NCBI GenBank assembly: GCA_044892505.1
Contig: CM097883.1
Coordinates: 114,142,001 to 114,206,000 of the forward strand
Length of the DNA stretch: 64,000 nucleotides
DNA from: Schmidtea nova
Taxonomy: Eukaryota
Reading direction: 5' to 3'
This document shows positions 10,505-22,632 of this stretch, one piece after another (positions within the stretch are counted from its first letter, which is position 1; every line of letters starts with the position of its first letter). Under the pieces are notes generated by a model. That model ran no database searches and was not told the origin of the DNA. It was given only the letters and a program-made list of their open reading frames with translations. The position numbers and the translations under genes were made by a program.

Positions 10505-13191
10505 TGTTGGGTCCACCATTTGGTCAACATTTAATGTATAAATAATAATAATAAGAAAACAAATAGGAATGAAGAGAATATTAATGTAATTGAGAGAAAT
10601 TCCATTAAAAGGAGTTAAAAGTAATGAAAAGATATAAATGATATTGCGAAATCAAAAGAAATAAAATTGAAAATGTTAAAAAGTAATAAGAAAACGATAT
10701 TTAATTATAATAGAATAACAAGAAATTGAAATAAATAAGTAATCAAGAAAAAAGAATTAATAAAATTACAGTTAATTCAAACAAGAAAATGAAATTTATT
10801 ATGTTTAATAAAATCGATATTATTTTTAGAAAATTTATTATTTTGGAATTTCTGATGATCAGCTTCACGCTGATTGGTTAAGATACTGATCTGATCAGTA
10901 TAAATACTGATGCAGATTCAGATGATTTTAATGTTATGTTTTGATCTAGTTAGATTTTTTGCTAAAAATTTGCTATTTGAATTTTCATTTTTGAAAATCT
11001 TGTGCGATTCTAGAACTTTGTTGAAGGTATGGATTATTGAATTTTTATTGTTTATAACTTTTTAAGCTATCATGATTTTTCTGTTATCATTATTAATTAA
11101 ATAAACTTTTTATGAATATGTTTTGAATTATGATTTGTTTTGAGTTCCTTCCACTGTGTAATCGGTGGAAGGAGGCAACGTTATCAAATTGAGTTATATT
11201 ATTATTTATTTTGAGTTCCTTCCACTGTGTAAACGGTGAAAGGAGGCAAATTGAAGTTATTTATATAATGCATTTATGTAGTCATATATTATTCAAGTGG
11301 GCTCCTGTCCATCGTGAAATCGATGGAAGGAGGCAGACTGTGCCGAGTAGATAACTGCTCCGTACAGTTAGGCCGTCCGACTGGTATCAAGTGCCACTAG
11401 GAGAGTAGGATTATAGTAACCATATTCTTAACAACGTATCGCTGAGCAGTATAGCCAGTTCGATTTTATTATGATAATTGTTTTATTTTTGTGAATTAAA
11501 TTTCACCTTTGTCAGAAAAGTGTTATCCTGATATTCCGAGATCGTCACATCTGGGGTTGTTGCGTAAAGTGGCCAGCGTCACCCTCCAAATTTTGAATGC
11601 CATTTAAAATGTAAAATGAAATATTACAACTTAGAGTCATTAACCAAGAATTCATGTGGTCATTGATCTACCACACAAATAAAACACAATCAATAAGAAA
11701 GTTGATCTGATGCTCAACACAAACTAAATAACACTGAAATTAATCTACTAGACTGATCCCTGTATATAGGGCAGTAATTTCGTAAAATCTTTGAATTTAA
11801 ATTGATATCCTGATTGCTGTACATAGCACAGACATGAATTAATAAAGTTTCGAATGAATCTATCTGATCGCTGTACATAGCGACAGTGTTGAAATTATAG
11901 CATGTATATTATTTCACTTCCTGAGTTGTAACGTAATAATAAATTAAATCACAAAGAAATGGTCGTAGAAATCATGAAAGTTAACAGACTCATTCAAATC
12001 AAACCAAATTTATATTAATGAACCATATTGATTTATAGAAAATGTCAATCAGCTCAATAACTTTACAATCCGAATTAGACAAGGCTTGGCGAATTATTCG
12101 CAGCCTTGAGAAGAAAATCACTCGAAAATCAGAGAAAATGAAAGAAGCAGAGACAACAATCTCACAATTACGAACAAATTGGTTTAGTCCAGACCAAATG
12201 AAGGCTCAGCTCATAAAGAACCAACGCTCTCAGCGAGCGAATGATGAATTAAGAACCGAGCTCGACGCCACAAAGATAAAATTGAGGAAATGTTTGAAGG
12301 CCGTGACCACATCATTTATTGATCGAGAACTAAAACAACTCATACGACCGATCACTTACCAGCACTGGTCGGAAGAAAAGTCCAAATGTACCAAAGGAAC
12401 CAACACAGAAGAACCATCTCAGGTTCAGGAAATAAAGATGCAAATTGCACCAAAAAATGCAGCAATTTCCGAAAACAAGAAAAAGAAGAAGAATAAGATG
12501 GGCGCAAGGCAACGCCGCTGGAAGAAACAAGTAATGCAACAACTGATTCAGCATACGAAAGAGTTTCCAGAAATCGATTTAACTACGGATTTTGCAGTGG
12601 CTGATGAGGATTTTCTCAAATATTTTGAATAAGATTATCGAACTTAAATTTCGTGTTATTCAGTTGTGTACAAAATTTTAGTTTTATTATATTTTTGTTT
12701 TGTGATTATTTTATTATAAAGTATTTGAAATAACGTATTTATTAAAAATTTAAAATTAATCAAATGCAAATTATAAATTGACAAAAGTGTTAACACAATT
12801 CAATAAAGGATAAACATTAGGAATATATTAAAGTAAAGATATATTTGTAATTACTCAGATTATCTGTTGATATGGTGAAGAAGGGGGCAGAAGGAAAAAA
12901 CTAAAATGAAAGATAATGAATGCGGATAAATTAAAGTGAAAGTGAAGCGTAAGTCCTTCTATCGGCAGCAGACGAACCCGTGAACATAAATGGGGAGTAG
13001 TTTTAGCAATAGAGCTCACCTGCCCATCATTGTTCAAACACCTTGCATATTTCCAACTCGATTATTCCAGGGAAATAGTCGAGGGTGCTCGTGTGTCACG
13101 TAAACATTTTATGTTTGGTCTTGGATGGAGGCATCCCTAGAGCGTTTATTTATTTTCTACTTTTGTTTTAACCCATCCAATACGCCCAACA
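10505..13191 (+). mobile_element. Solo LTR A (2.7 kb) of a giant-retroelement-related family
   Basis: Starts TGTTGGG, ends CCCAACA, flanked by 4-bp TSD ATAG (10501-10504 and 13192-13195); TATA-like tataaata near 10897; 3' block homologous to LTR B and the giant element LTR. Confidence 0.9.
12042..12632 (+). CDS. 196-aa coiled-coil protein with basic (NLS-like) patch, encoded inside solo LTR A
   Basis: Uninterrupted ORF; heptad-rich N-half; KKKKKNKMGARQRRWKK; TAG acceptor 3 nt before ATG. Confidence 0.65.
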   Translation: MSISSITLQSELDKAWRIIRSLEKKITRKSEKMKEAETTISQLRTNWFSPDQMKAQLIKNQRSQRANDELRTELDATKIKLRKCLKAVTTSFIDRELKQLIRPITYQHWSEEKSKCTKGTNTEEPSQVQEIKMQIAPKNAAISENKKKKKNKMGARQRRWKKQVMQQLIQHTKEFPEIDLTTDFAVADEDFLKYFE

Positions 13192-13949
13192 ATAGATTGA
13201 TTTAAAAGAGCCGGACATTGTTCAAAATCGAGAAAGTTGTCACATTCGGCCGATTGCTCGAATTTGGACGATTGCTCGCGTCTGACAATCACATTCAATC
13301 CGAGATTGATTTAATGGACTATCATGCGATTGATCCAGATAATCGGGTGTTGAATTTGACCTTTGCTTTGGCTGATCAAACTTGTCAATTTTTCCAATTT
13401 TTTGAACTCCGATTCGAACTACTTAAGGGCGTTGACCGCATTGGTAGGCGCATAAGATGTGCTCCGCCATATAAGGAAGTTCTTTGTCCCGATTGGCCAG
13501 ATGATCGAGCAAGACCTGGTGAACATCGATCCCAGTCAGGCATTGAAATTTGAAGGGAAACAACTTTGGTGCTGTATAGGTCAGCTTCAGCTTCAGCTAG
13601 GGATATATTTCTTCAAGTTTGACGAAAAGTAAGGCCATCAATATCTCTAAAATTAAAAAATTATAAAAGTGAAAAATAGTAAATTTTAAACTTTACCATA
13701 TTTCATTGTATCGGACATTTTTGATTGTGAGTATAAATGATTGCAAAACATCCAGTGTATATACGATAGAAACACAAAGTATGTACAAAATATTACACAC
13801 TAAATCAATCAGATTCGAGTATGCATAACATCTCTTTATTCGTGAAATACACATTGAACAGATCAGAATCGTGCATTAATATTGCCGGTTTATTGCAATC
13901 ATGAGTCGCATGTTAATATGAAATTTAAAAACTCTTTATTTTCAATAAT

Positions 13950-14366
13950 TTATTTTATATCGGTAATAATATTATCAACTATATTATAATAGTCCATAGT
14001 TTTTAACCCTAATATAACTACTTTACGGCTTGAATATATATTAACACACATGGGATTATATTTTATATATCTTAGAGCTGGAAATATTTCTGGCTCGTAA
14101 ACACATTCTATTAATTTAGCCAAATCATTTAAATTACAACTAAATCCTAAGTCTCACGTTATAGTAATCAATAGGATTTTTAAATCATTAATCTTTACTT
14201 TTTCATCACAAATAAATTCCCTGTATCCCACAATTCTAAATTTCCCGGTCTTAAAATTTATTATCGGATATTAACCACTTCTATCAATAATTTGCTGTGG
14301 TTTTCCCTTTGGAAAATTCATGTGAGATACATCAGTCTTACTCTTATAATTTATGTTGCTTATCAT
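13950..14366 (-). pseudogene. TATA-binding-protein-like gene (2 in-frame stops)
   Basis: Manual translation: ...INFKTGKFRIVG...DLGFSCNLNDLAKLIECVYEPEIFPALRYIKYNPMCVNIYSSRKVVILGLKT, matching the TBP YEPELFPGLIY...IFVSGKVVLTG repeat. Confidence 0.75.
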
Positions 14367-14469
14367 TTGTGAAAATTTTTTAAATATGACAATAATAATG
14401 ACAGCTACTATTTAAAACAAATATAAACAATATTAAGAAAATAATAAAATTAGAAATATGAAATTAAGA

Positions 14470-14770
14470 AATGATGCAGTGTTTCAAATTGTTGGCCTGA
14501 GCAAGAGAGGAAAAACTTTATTTGTTTATAAATTATTACGATCAAAATTATTCAAATCAAAGTTTAATAAAATTTATTGACATAGGGGTGCGGATGATGA
14601 ACATGGAATGACTCAAGATCAATTTTCTAAAATATAAAAATGACAATCATAAAATGTTTCGATAAAAATTGGTCATCTAGATTAAGAGAAGGTGATGTGA
14701 TTATTATTGATAACTTGTATCAGGAATCAAATAAAGAAAAGCGTTTTAATAATTTATTTACAAATAAAAC
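14470..14770 (+). pseudogene. Packaging ATPase remnant (A32/FtsK-like)
   Basis: FQIVGLSKRGKT Walker A-like and DVIIIDNL Walker B-like across frameshifts. Confidence 0.55.
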
Positions 14771-14791
14771 ATGGATTAGTGTTTTACACAA

Positions 14792-15225
14792 ATGATTCAT
14801 AGTTATATTCATTCTACTCATCGAGGTATAAATGGAAAGAAACCTGCTGAAGTAGTTGAGACTGAAAATATTTTGAATGATACAAAAATAAAGAAACCAA
14901 AATATAAAATAGGTGATCATGTTCGAATTAGTAAAATTAGTGCATCGCCATTCATTAAAACTTTTCATGGTGATTGAAGCGATGAGATATTTAAAATATC
15001 GAAAGTCAACACAGTCCAGAATCCTGTCATGTATACTATTTCTGACTCTAATAACAATATATTCAGTGGGAAATTCTATGAACAAGAAATACAAGTTATT
15101 CCCCCTCCTACGATATTTAGAATTCAAAAAATATTGAAAACTAAAATGGTGGGTTAAGATAAATAATACTATATCAAGTGGCATGGATATAAAGAACCAT
15201 CATGGATATCATCAAAAACCTCGTA
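14792..15225 (+). pseudogene. Polinton-type integrase C-terminus with chromodomain-like tail
   Basis: HSTHRGINGKKPAEV...KYKIGDHVRISK...GKFYEQEIQ...YYIKWHGYKEPSWI. Confidence 0.75.
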
Positions 15226-15227
15226 AA

Positions 15228-16242
15228 ATGAATTTTTATACTATTTTACCAAGCAACGGTTGTCCCGCTATACATCCAGATAACAATGCAAGTAAATTCA
15301 TGATCAATCTACAAAATCCGATTTATTTAGACGGTATTTGGGAAGTCGTTCTCTTGTACTTTACGCTTGTGTATTTTCATTTTATAGTAAAGCCAAAATT
15401 GAATACAAGAAGAAAACTTTGCAATCAAAATATAAAATATTGTTATTGACAATGAACTGGATGACGTTGATATATCTAATCCTGCCGATGATATTGCTCA
15501 AATATATAGCGATAAGGAGTTTCTTTATTTCACCTGTGATTATTATTCCTTCACTGTGACATTTAATACTTTGGCCATGGCAAAAAGATTGGAATTACCG
15601 AAATATAGTTATCAAAGTACTACATAAACATACAAGATGCGGTTACTTGGATATACCAAAATTGAAGGAAACTTTTGAAAAAATTAGAATAAAGATGAGT
15701 ATAAGGTTTATACTACATTTACATTTACATCTACATTTAGCAATAATTTATACATAATGGAATTGGAGGAACTACAATAATATTTGATTAAAAAGTATTT
15801 TAAATCATTGGAATTGATAGATGATAATTACTTCAAATTCAGTTTGAATACTGATATTAGTGAAGTTACTTTTGACAGAAACCTCATAAAAACATTAAGA
15901 TTACCGAAAGAAAAATATGTTCAAGATGGAAAAATGAATGTAGGAGTAAATAAAACGAAAATAATTAAACTTCATCAACAAATGTTCATTTACAGTAATA
16001 TAGTCAATTCTATAATTGTTGGCAATTCATTAGTTCCCATGTTAAAATCGGTATGGATTGAAAAAGATGAGCATGATAAAGTTTTACAAATACAAGTAGA
16101 AAATCCAATGTATTTATCAGTATTTACGTCTTGTATAACCAATATAGAAATTAATATCAGAAATGATAGAGGTAATTTAATAAACTTTCCAAAAGATTCA
16201 AAAACTCATTTGACTCTACATTATCGAAAAAGCGATGAGTAA
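15228..16242 (+). pseudogene. Polinton minor capsid (penton, PX-like) gene, disrupted
   Basis: MNFYTILPSNGCPAIHPDNNASKF...LDGIWEV N-terminus; MFIYSNIV...IVGNSLVPML...IEINIRNDRG...HLTLHYR C-terminus. Confidence 0.7.
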
Positions 16243-16345
16243 TCCCGATATAGTTTCATTTTTACAGTAATAGCCAAACTGATGGCGAATTACTGTATTT
16301 TTTAGGTAAACAGTATGGATGTGGTTGGTTGAAAACTATTGGTAA

Positions 16346-16459
16346 AAGACTTTTTAAGATTCAAATTATATTTATTATACAATGATTAGATATTAAAACA
16401 AAATATTAAAACGATGATTAACACGATTATTGTTAATCATCATTGACAATATTATGATA
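16346..16459 (-). repeat. 3' LTR (17 bp truncated) of the gypsy element
   Basis: Identical to 20191-20304. Confidence 0.9.
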
Positions 16460-16479
16460 TCCTTTCATCAGCAGCACCC

Positions 16480-19400
16480 ACATCTATGTTTCGATCGATG
16501 TCTCCCTTTGCGTCTAATGTCGGATTCGGCTGGTATTTTCTCTTGTGTAAGTTGTGCGTCTTTGAATTCCTGGATCTGCCGGCGGTCTGAGATTTGGTTA
16601 TTGCTAACTAACGTCACATTGTCGTTCTGACTCTCGATGGTGATGTATGAACTGTTGTTGCCATTAGTCATGATAAATTCGCCCTCTTTTGGTTCCACGT
16701 CCTCACTGGCTTTGTACCAGATGTCCTGGCTTTGTTGAAATTTAGATATTATCGGAGCTCTAGGCTCTCGCCCGAAAATAATCTCTGCGGGTGATTTTCC
16801 CCTCGATGTCGATGAAATTCTGTGGTGGAATAGGATTTTCTGTAGGAAGGTATTGAAATCACAATGTGTCCGAAGCTCGTTCGATCCTTTGAGAGCTTTC
16901 TTGACAGTTTGTACAGCTCTTTCTGCTGATCCGTTTCATCTAGGGAAGTATGCTGGCGATTCTTGTTTCATTGCTCCTTGGCTGTTGATCCACGCGTTTA
17001 GCTCATGCGAAGTGAATTCCTGGGCATAATCCGAGACGAGGTATTCCGGGACTCCAAACCTGGCGAAAACAGTTAGTAAACACATGATCACTGACTTACT
17101 CGTTTTATCGGATGTCTTGAAGGCTTCAATCCATCCCGAACCAGCGTCTACAATAATGAGCACGTCGCCCACCTCTTTGATGTGGGCCCAATCCATATGT
17201 ACTCTTTGGAATGGTTTCGCTCCTGGCCATTTGTGAATGCTCTTCTCTGGGCGATGATGTAGTTTCTTGCAAATTGCGCATGACCTAATGAAGTTGTCGA
17301 TGTCTCCGTGGATTCCAGGCCACCAAGATGATGCATTTAGCCGGTAAAATGTTGATTGTAGACCAGAATGTGTCTCATTGTGTGCTACATCAATGCATTT
17401 CTTCCTTAGTTTTGGTGGAATGAATAGACGTGACCCGTGGTAAAGCAGTCCATCTTCAACTGTTAGTCAGTCTGATATTTTCTTGAATGACCAATTGCCT
17501 TTCTTGATGCGACGCATAATATCTCTGGCCAACTCGTTTAGCGATGTTTCCAATCTGACCTCTAAGGCATTTAATAAGCCCTCGTTAAACTGGACCGTGA
17601 AAACACTCAATGTCTTCTTGGTTTTGATTTCCTCGTTTACTTCCTTTTCATCGATGAATTTTAGTCTTGATAGTGCATCTGCATGCAGGATCTGCTTTCC
17701 CATAACATAGTATATTTCATAATCGTACTGCATCAACAGCATGGCCCACCTTGAGATTCGATTGGATGTTCGCCTTGGAATCGGTGATTCGCTACCGAAT
17801 AGGGATTGGAGTGGTTGGTGGTTGTATTCACCTTGAATTTCCTCCCTAATAAGAAGTGTTGTAGTCTAGATATAGACCATACTATGGCTAAAGCCTCTCT
17901 CTCTATGTTAGAGTAATTTATTTCGGCAGCCGAAAGTGTTCTGGAAATGTAGATCACAGGATGGCTATCTTGGGTTAGGACAGCTGCTACGGCGTGTTTA
18001 GATGCATCAGTCGTCAATGTGGCTTCCTTTTCGAGGCTGTAGTGTTGCACAACTGGATATGTTGAAATTTCTTGTTTTAGTGCTTTAAACTGATTCGAGC
18101 ATTCCTTGTTCCAATCGAACTTTAAATCTTTTTTTCTCAATTCGTTGATTACTTTTGTTTTGTCTGAAAAATTTGGAATTAACCTACCAAAGTAATTAAT
18201 TAACCCGATGAAAGATTCTACTTCCTCCTTACATGTTGGTTCTTTTATATTGTTTATTATGCTGACGAGACTTTTATCAGGTGTGATACCCTTTGACGAT
18301 ATTTCGAAACCCAAGAAGGAAACACTATCGGTAAGTTCAATAGTCTTTGCTTGGTTGATTGTAACTTTTTTCTCTTTAAGGCGCAATTTTACCGTTTGCA
18401 GTCTATTCCTTAGTGATTTTTCATTCTCGGCATATATCAGTACGTCGTCTTGGTAGATTATTATTCCTTTGATATCTTTAAGTATTTGCTCCATTGTCCT
18501 TTGAAAGATTGCAGAGGCGTTCTTCATACCCATCTGTAATCTATTTACAGTAAACATACCTTTTGTCGTATTTATGAACGATATCTCTTTTGCTTCATCG
18601 TCTAATTCTATCTGCCAATATGCCGATTTGAGATCGAGCTTTATGAATTTGTTGGCATTCTTTAGTTTTTAGAAAATTGTTTCGACGTTCGGAATGGGGT
18701 ATGCATCGGTCTTTATCTTTTTATTGATATGCACTTTGAAGTCAGCGCATAATCTGAGGTCGCCATTGCTCTTTTATACCCAAACCACGGGCGAAGAATT
18801 CAGTACGGGTTTGGTGCACGGAGAGATTACTCCTAATCGCTGTAACCTTATTAGTTCATCGTTGACCTTGTTTTCTAAAGCTAATGATATTGGCCTAGCC
18901 TTACAGAACACGGGCTTCGCATCGTCGATTAAATCCATAGAGGCTTTTATACCTTTGATTGCTAATAACACTTGAGATTCTGTTGTCTTCGTGATTTGAC
19001 ACTGTAAGATTCCGTGTCGTGTCTGCTGCAGTATATCCATTCCTATTAGTCCGAAGTCCTTCATAGATTGAATGACTGTGATTGTTACTGGAAGCACTTG
19101 CTTTTCCCATTCCACAGTTGTCAGAAACGAGCCGTAGCATTGCATGATATGCCCATCGTAGGCTTCAAGCTTTCTTATTGTTTTATCAAGCTTCGGTCTT
19201 CCCATGTCTTCCCACATCTTGGATGATATGATTGATACAGATGCGCCGGTATCTTTTTGCATTATCACTATCGTTGTACCTAGGAGGACAGAGTTAATGT
19301 CACTTGTAATATTATTTGAAGTGAACTGGTTGATGTATTGCGTGTCACTTTCATCGGCTGACGATGTCTGATCTGCGAATGTTCCAAGTTTCGACTTTGT

Positions 19401-20173
19401 CAAAGATCTGCAAGCTTTCGCAAAATGATTCATTCTGTCACAATTCGTACACTTCTTTCCATTTGCAGGGCATTTCTTTAGCTCGTGCATTCGGTCACAG
19501 TAATGACACCTTTGATTTCCTTTCTCTTCGAATTTCCTTGATGTTCCAAGGTTTGATCTCTTCTTTTTAGTGAAATTGATTTCATCGGTCGTAGAGGTGA
19601 TTGAAGGTTTTGTTCCATGCTGGAGGGATATGAACATCGATATCTCCTCATATGTTTGCATTTGTGCGAGGATCTCGTTGCATGTTGGAGTCCCAACACT
19701 CATTTGCAACAAAATCTTTTCCTTAGCATTGATGTCAGATATTCCTGATATCAATGCCATGAGGAGCATATCCTCATTTGGGTCAGTTGAGTCCTTCAAT
19801 TTCTTGAAGTCACAATATATAGCAGCCTTCTTAAGTCTGATATAGAAATATGCTAATTCCTCTTTCGGTTCCTGGTTAGCTGATAAAATCTTGCTCTCTC
19901 AGATATTACGACTTTGCTTTTCGGCTGTGTGTGGTTTAATAGCATGGCTTTGATCTCGCTGAACGTCATCTCCTCTAGCAATTTGGGAGAAGCCATATGT
20001 TGGATTTTCGTGAGTGCCTTCAGTCCACATACAGATAGGAAGTTGTCCATGACTTGTCTTGATTTGTCACTATCGACCCACTTATTGGCTCGACTCATCG
20101 CACCGAAAGCGGTTAACCATATTTCGACATTGATGTTGTCATCTAGGTTCAATTCTTGCAATTGTGACGCCAT
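16480..20173 (-). pseudogene. pol: gag-pol with stops and frameshifts
   Basis: Zn knuckles CHYCDRMH/CTNCDRMNH; protease KDTGASVS; RT YQDD; RNase H TDASKHAV, IEREALAI; integrase MDWAH, VSDYAQEF. Confidence 0.9.
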
Positions 20174-20304
20174 TGTTATAATGCACGCACAAGACTTTTT
20201 AAGATTCAAATTATATTTATTATACAATGATTAGATATTAAAACAAAATATTAAAACGATGATTAACACGATTATTGTTAATCATCATTGACAATATTAT
20301 GATA
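20174..20304 (-). repeat. 5' LTR (131 bp) of the gypsy element
   Basis: Minus strand tatcataat...cattataaca, directly followed by ATGGCGTCAC (PBS-like TGG overlapping the gag start). Confidence 0.85.
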
Positions 20305-20759
20305 ATACTAGTGCAATTTTTTATGTCACTGATGTTGATAAACTACAAGTCTTGAAGAAATATCTCCAAAAATTGAGATTAATTAAATATTAATTTAAGG
20401 AAATTGAAGATGTTTCAGATAATATATTATGTCCATATAGAGATCATAGTATGTGTGCTTATAAAGGAGGTTTGAGTGCAATTATTGATTATTTAAAACA
20501 ATAAATGTATTGTTATTTCAATAAATTTTATTNNNNNNNNNNNNNNNNNNNNNNNNNNNNNNNNNNNNNNNNNNNNNNNNNNNNNNNNNNNNNNNNNNNN
20601 NNNNNNNNNNNNNNNNNNNNNNNNNNNNNNNNNNNNNNNNNNNNNNNNNNNNNNNNNNNNNNNNNNNNNNNNNNNNNNNNNNNNNNNNNNNNNNNNNNNN
20701 NNNNNNNNNNNNNNNNNNNNNNNNNNNNNNNNNNNNNNATTTGATACATGAATTTGATA

Positions 20760-21367
20760 AAGCATGAAGACATCGTAAAAATAAATTAAACACCGATAAT
20801 GGTAAAGAATTTTACAACAAGATATTTCAAGAATTTTTACAAGAAAATGAAATACAAATTTATTCTACCTTTAATCAACCAGATTAAAGAAGTCAAGGAC
20901 CATCTCATAATCCTGTTATAGAAAGATTTAATAGAACTTTGAAAAATTTAATGTTTAAAAAATTTACAGAAAATGGAAATAGAATATGGATTACAATATT
21001 ACCAGAAATACTAAATTTTTATATTAATAAAAAACATAGAACAATTATTTCGACACCACAAGAAGCTTCAAACAATCCGGAATTAATTAGACAAGTAATA
21101 AACGAAAATAATAATGAATATCAAGATTTACAAGAAAAACAAAAGTTTGATATTGGTGATCGAGTTAGAATTTTCAAATGGAAAAATAAATTTGAACCTG
21201 GGTTCACTTATGGTTGGTCCAAAGAAGTTTTTATAATTTATAAAGTTTTGAATAGTAAACTAATAACATACAAAATAAAAGATTTAAACGGAGAAGAAAT
21301 ATTGGGAAGATTTTATCAAAATGAATTACAAAAGACTTCTTTTAAATTAATAATCATCTATATTTAA
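20760..21367 (+). pseudogene. Polinton-type rve integrase (5' part in gap, internal stop)
   Basis: TDNGKEF, VIERFNRTLK, KFDIGDRVRI, WSKEVF, GRFYQNELQ. Confidence 0.85.
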
Positions 21368-21432
21368 AGCTTTTTTTAAAATTTCTCTATGATGTACATA
21401 ACTATATTTTGATGAATCATTTTCTTTTACTT

Positions 21433-21774
21433 TTATATGTACGACTCTAGGGGGTGAATTTTCATCATCAAGTATATATAGAACAAAACCAGATTCATAA
21501 AAGTAGCCGGTGTTTTTAGAATAACATTCATCAAAATAGATATATTCTTGATCCAAAATAAGTTTTTCTTTACAAAAATTAGTTTTTCCAAAATTAGTTT
21601 TTCATCGTTGATTTCTTTTATATCATCTTTGATTTCTTTTATATCATCTTTGGTTTCTTTTATATCATCTTTGATTTCTTTTATATCATCTTTGATTTCT
21701 TGATTTATATTTATATTCTCAAGGATTAAAAATTCATCAGAGATGAAGCTTCGACGATCACACTCAAATTCCAT
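21433..21774 (-). CDS. Small ORF with a 21-bp (IKEIKDD) tandem repeat
   Basis: About 5 copies of the heptad in the ORF track; probably frameshifted into 21347-21556. Confidence 0.4.
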   Translation of the reverse strand: MEFECDRRSFISDEFLILENININQEIKDDIKEIKDDIKETKDDIKEIKDDIKEINDEKLILEKLIFVKKNLFWIKNISILMNVILKTPATFMNLVLFYIYLMMKIHPLESYI

Positions 21775-22102
21775 CGTTATTATTATTTTTTAGAATAAAC
21801 ATTATATTTTCTCAGCGGAGCTGCGCTCTACTTGTACAAAACCGCTACCACTTTTATTTCGCACTGTAAGAGGAGCATTTAATGCTTCTAAAAACATTTT
21901 TGTGTGATCTGCAGAGCTAGGATTCTGTCCATCAATACTATTACCAATATTTGGGTTATATGGATCTAAAAATATTCCATTACATATATCGTCGGAGACG
22001 TGACTTCGCCCATTTTCAGCGGAGCTGCGCTCAAACTTCTTCTTCTTTATATTTTCAAATTCAAATTCAATAACCATTTTATAGAAATATTTATATATAA
22101 AA

Positions 22103-22617
22103 ATGAGTGTTAAACGCAGTTCCACTGAATTGGAAAATAAAATTCAAGATATTGTAAAAAATAATAAACCTAGAGCAATTATAGTTGATGACAAGAAATT
22201 ATACATTTCAAAAGAAAAAATACAACAATTAAAAGAATTACAACGGCAGAGCCTTGACAAAGGAACAAAATAAGAACATAAGAACAAAAGGAAGGAGGAA
22301 TTCTTCCATTGGTGACATTGCTGCTTTTGTTTTTTGCTGGAATAAGTGCTGCAGGTGCAACAACTGCTTCTATTGTTTCTTCAATAAAAGATGGAAAACA
22401 AGCTGCTTTTTTAGATGCACAAAAGGAAAAACTGACAAAAGGAAAAGGAATTTATTTAGATCAGCAGAACCGCCACTTTGTGGACCCATATCAAGGAAAA
22501 GCTATTACAAAATATTTAAAAAGTATTATTCCCAATAATCCTACTATTAAAAAATTAAACAAGAAAAATATTGAAATTGAAATTGAAATAGATGGTGATG
22601 GTAATAACATTTTTTGA
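22103..22617 (+). pseudogene. Gly/Ala-rich hydrophobic virion-core-like protein, frameshifted
   Basis: LVTLLLLFFAGISAAGATTASIVSSI plus GKGIYL and QGKAI possible protease sites, as in Polinton core/membrane proteins. Confidence 0.45.
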
Positions 22618-22632
22618 AAAATAAGTAATAAA

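Larger units (their letters stand above)
13600..16345. mobile_element. Polinton/Maverick (adintovirus-like) remnant 1
   Basis: Consecutive decayed ATPase, integrase+chromodomain, penton-type and core-protein-like (QYGCGWLKTIG) genes; left boundary approximate, right end cut by the gypsy. Confidence 0.75.
16346..20304 (-). mobile_element. Ty3/gypsy retrotransposon with very short LTRs (K02A2.6/Mag-like), defective
   Basis: 114-bp identical direct repeats 16346-16459 and 20191-20304; full gag-pro-RT-RH-IN order on the minus strand. Confidence 0.92.

Noticed and set aside
12949-13030. Bona fide spliced-leader RNA gene or HDV-like ribozyme in the LTR block
   Set aside because: The donor is not preceded by the flatworm SL terminal AUG and no pyrimidine-rich L3/P1.1 is found; kept only as a hypothesis
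13218-13553. 111-aa plus-strand ORF and an alternative minus frame just right of solo LTR A
   Set aside because: GC-richer and probably element-derived, but no motif supports a product call
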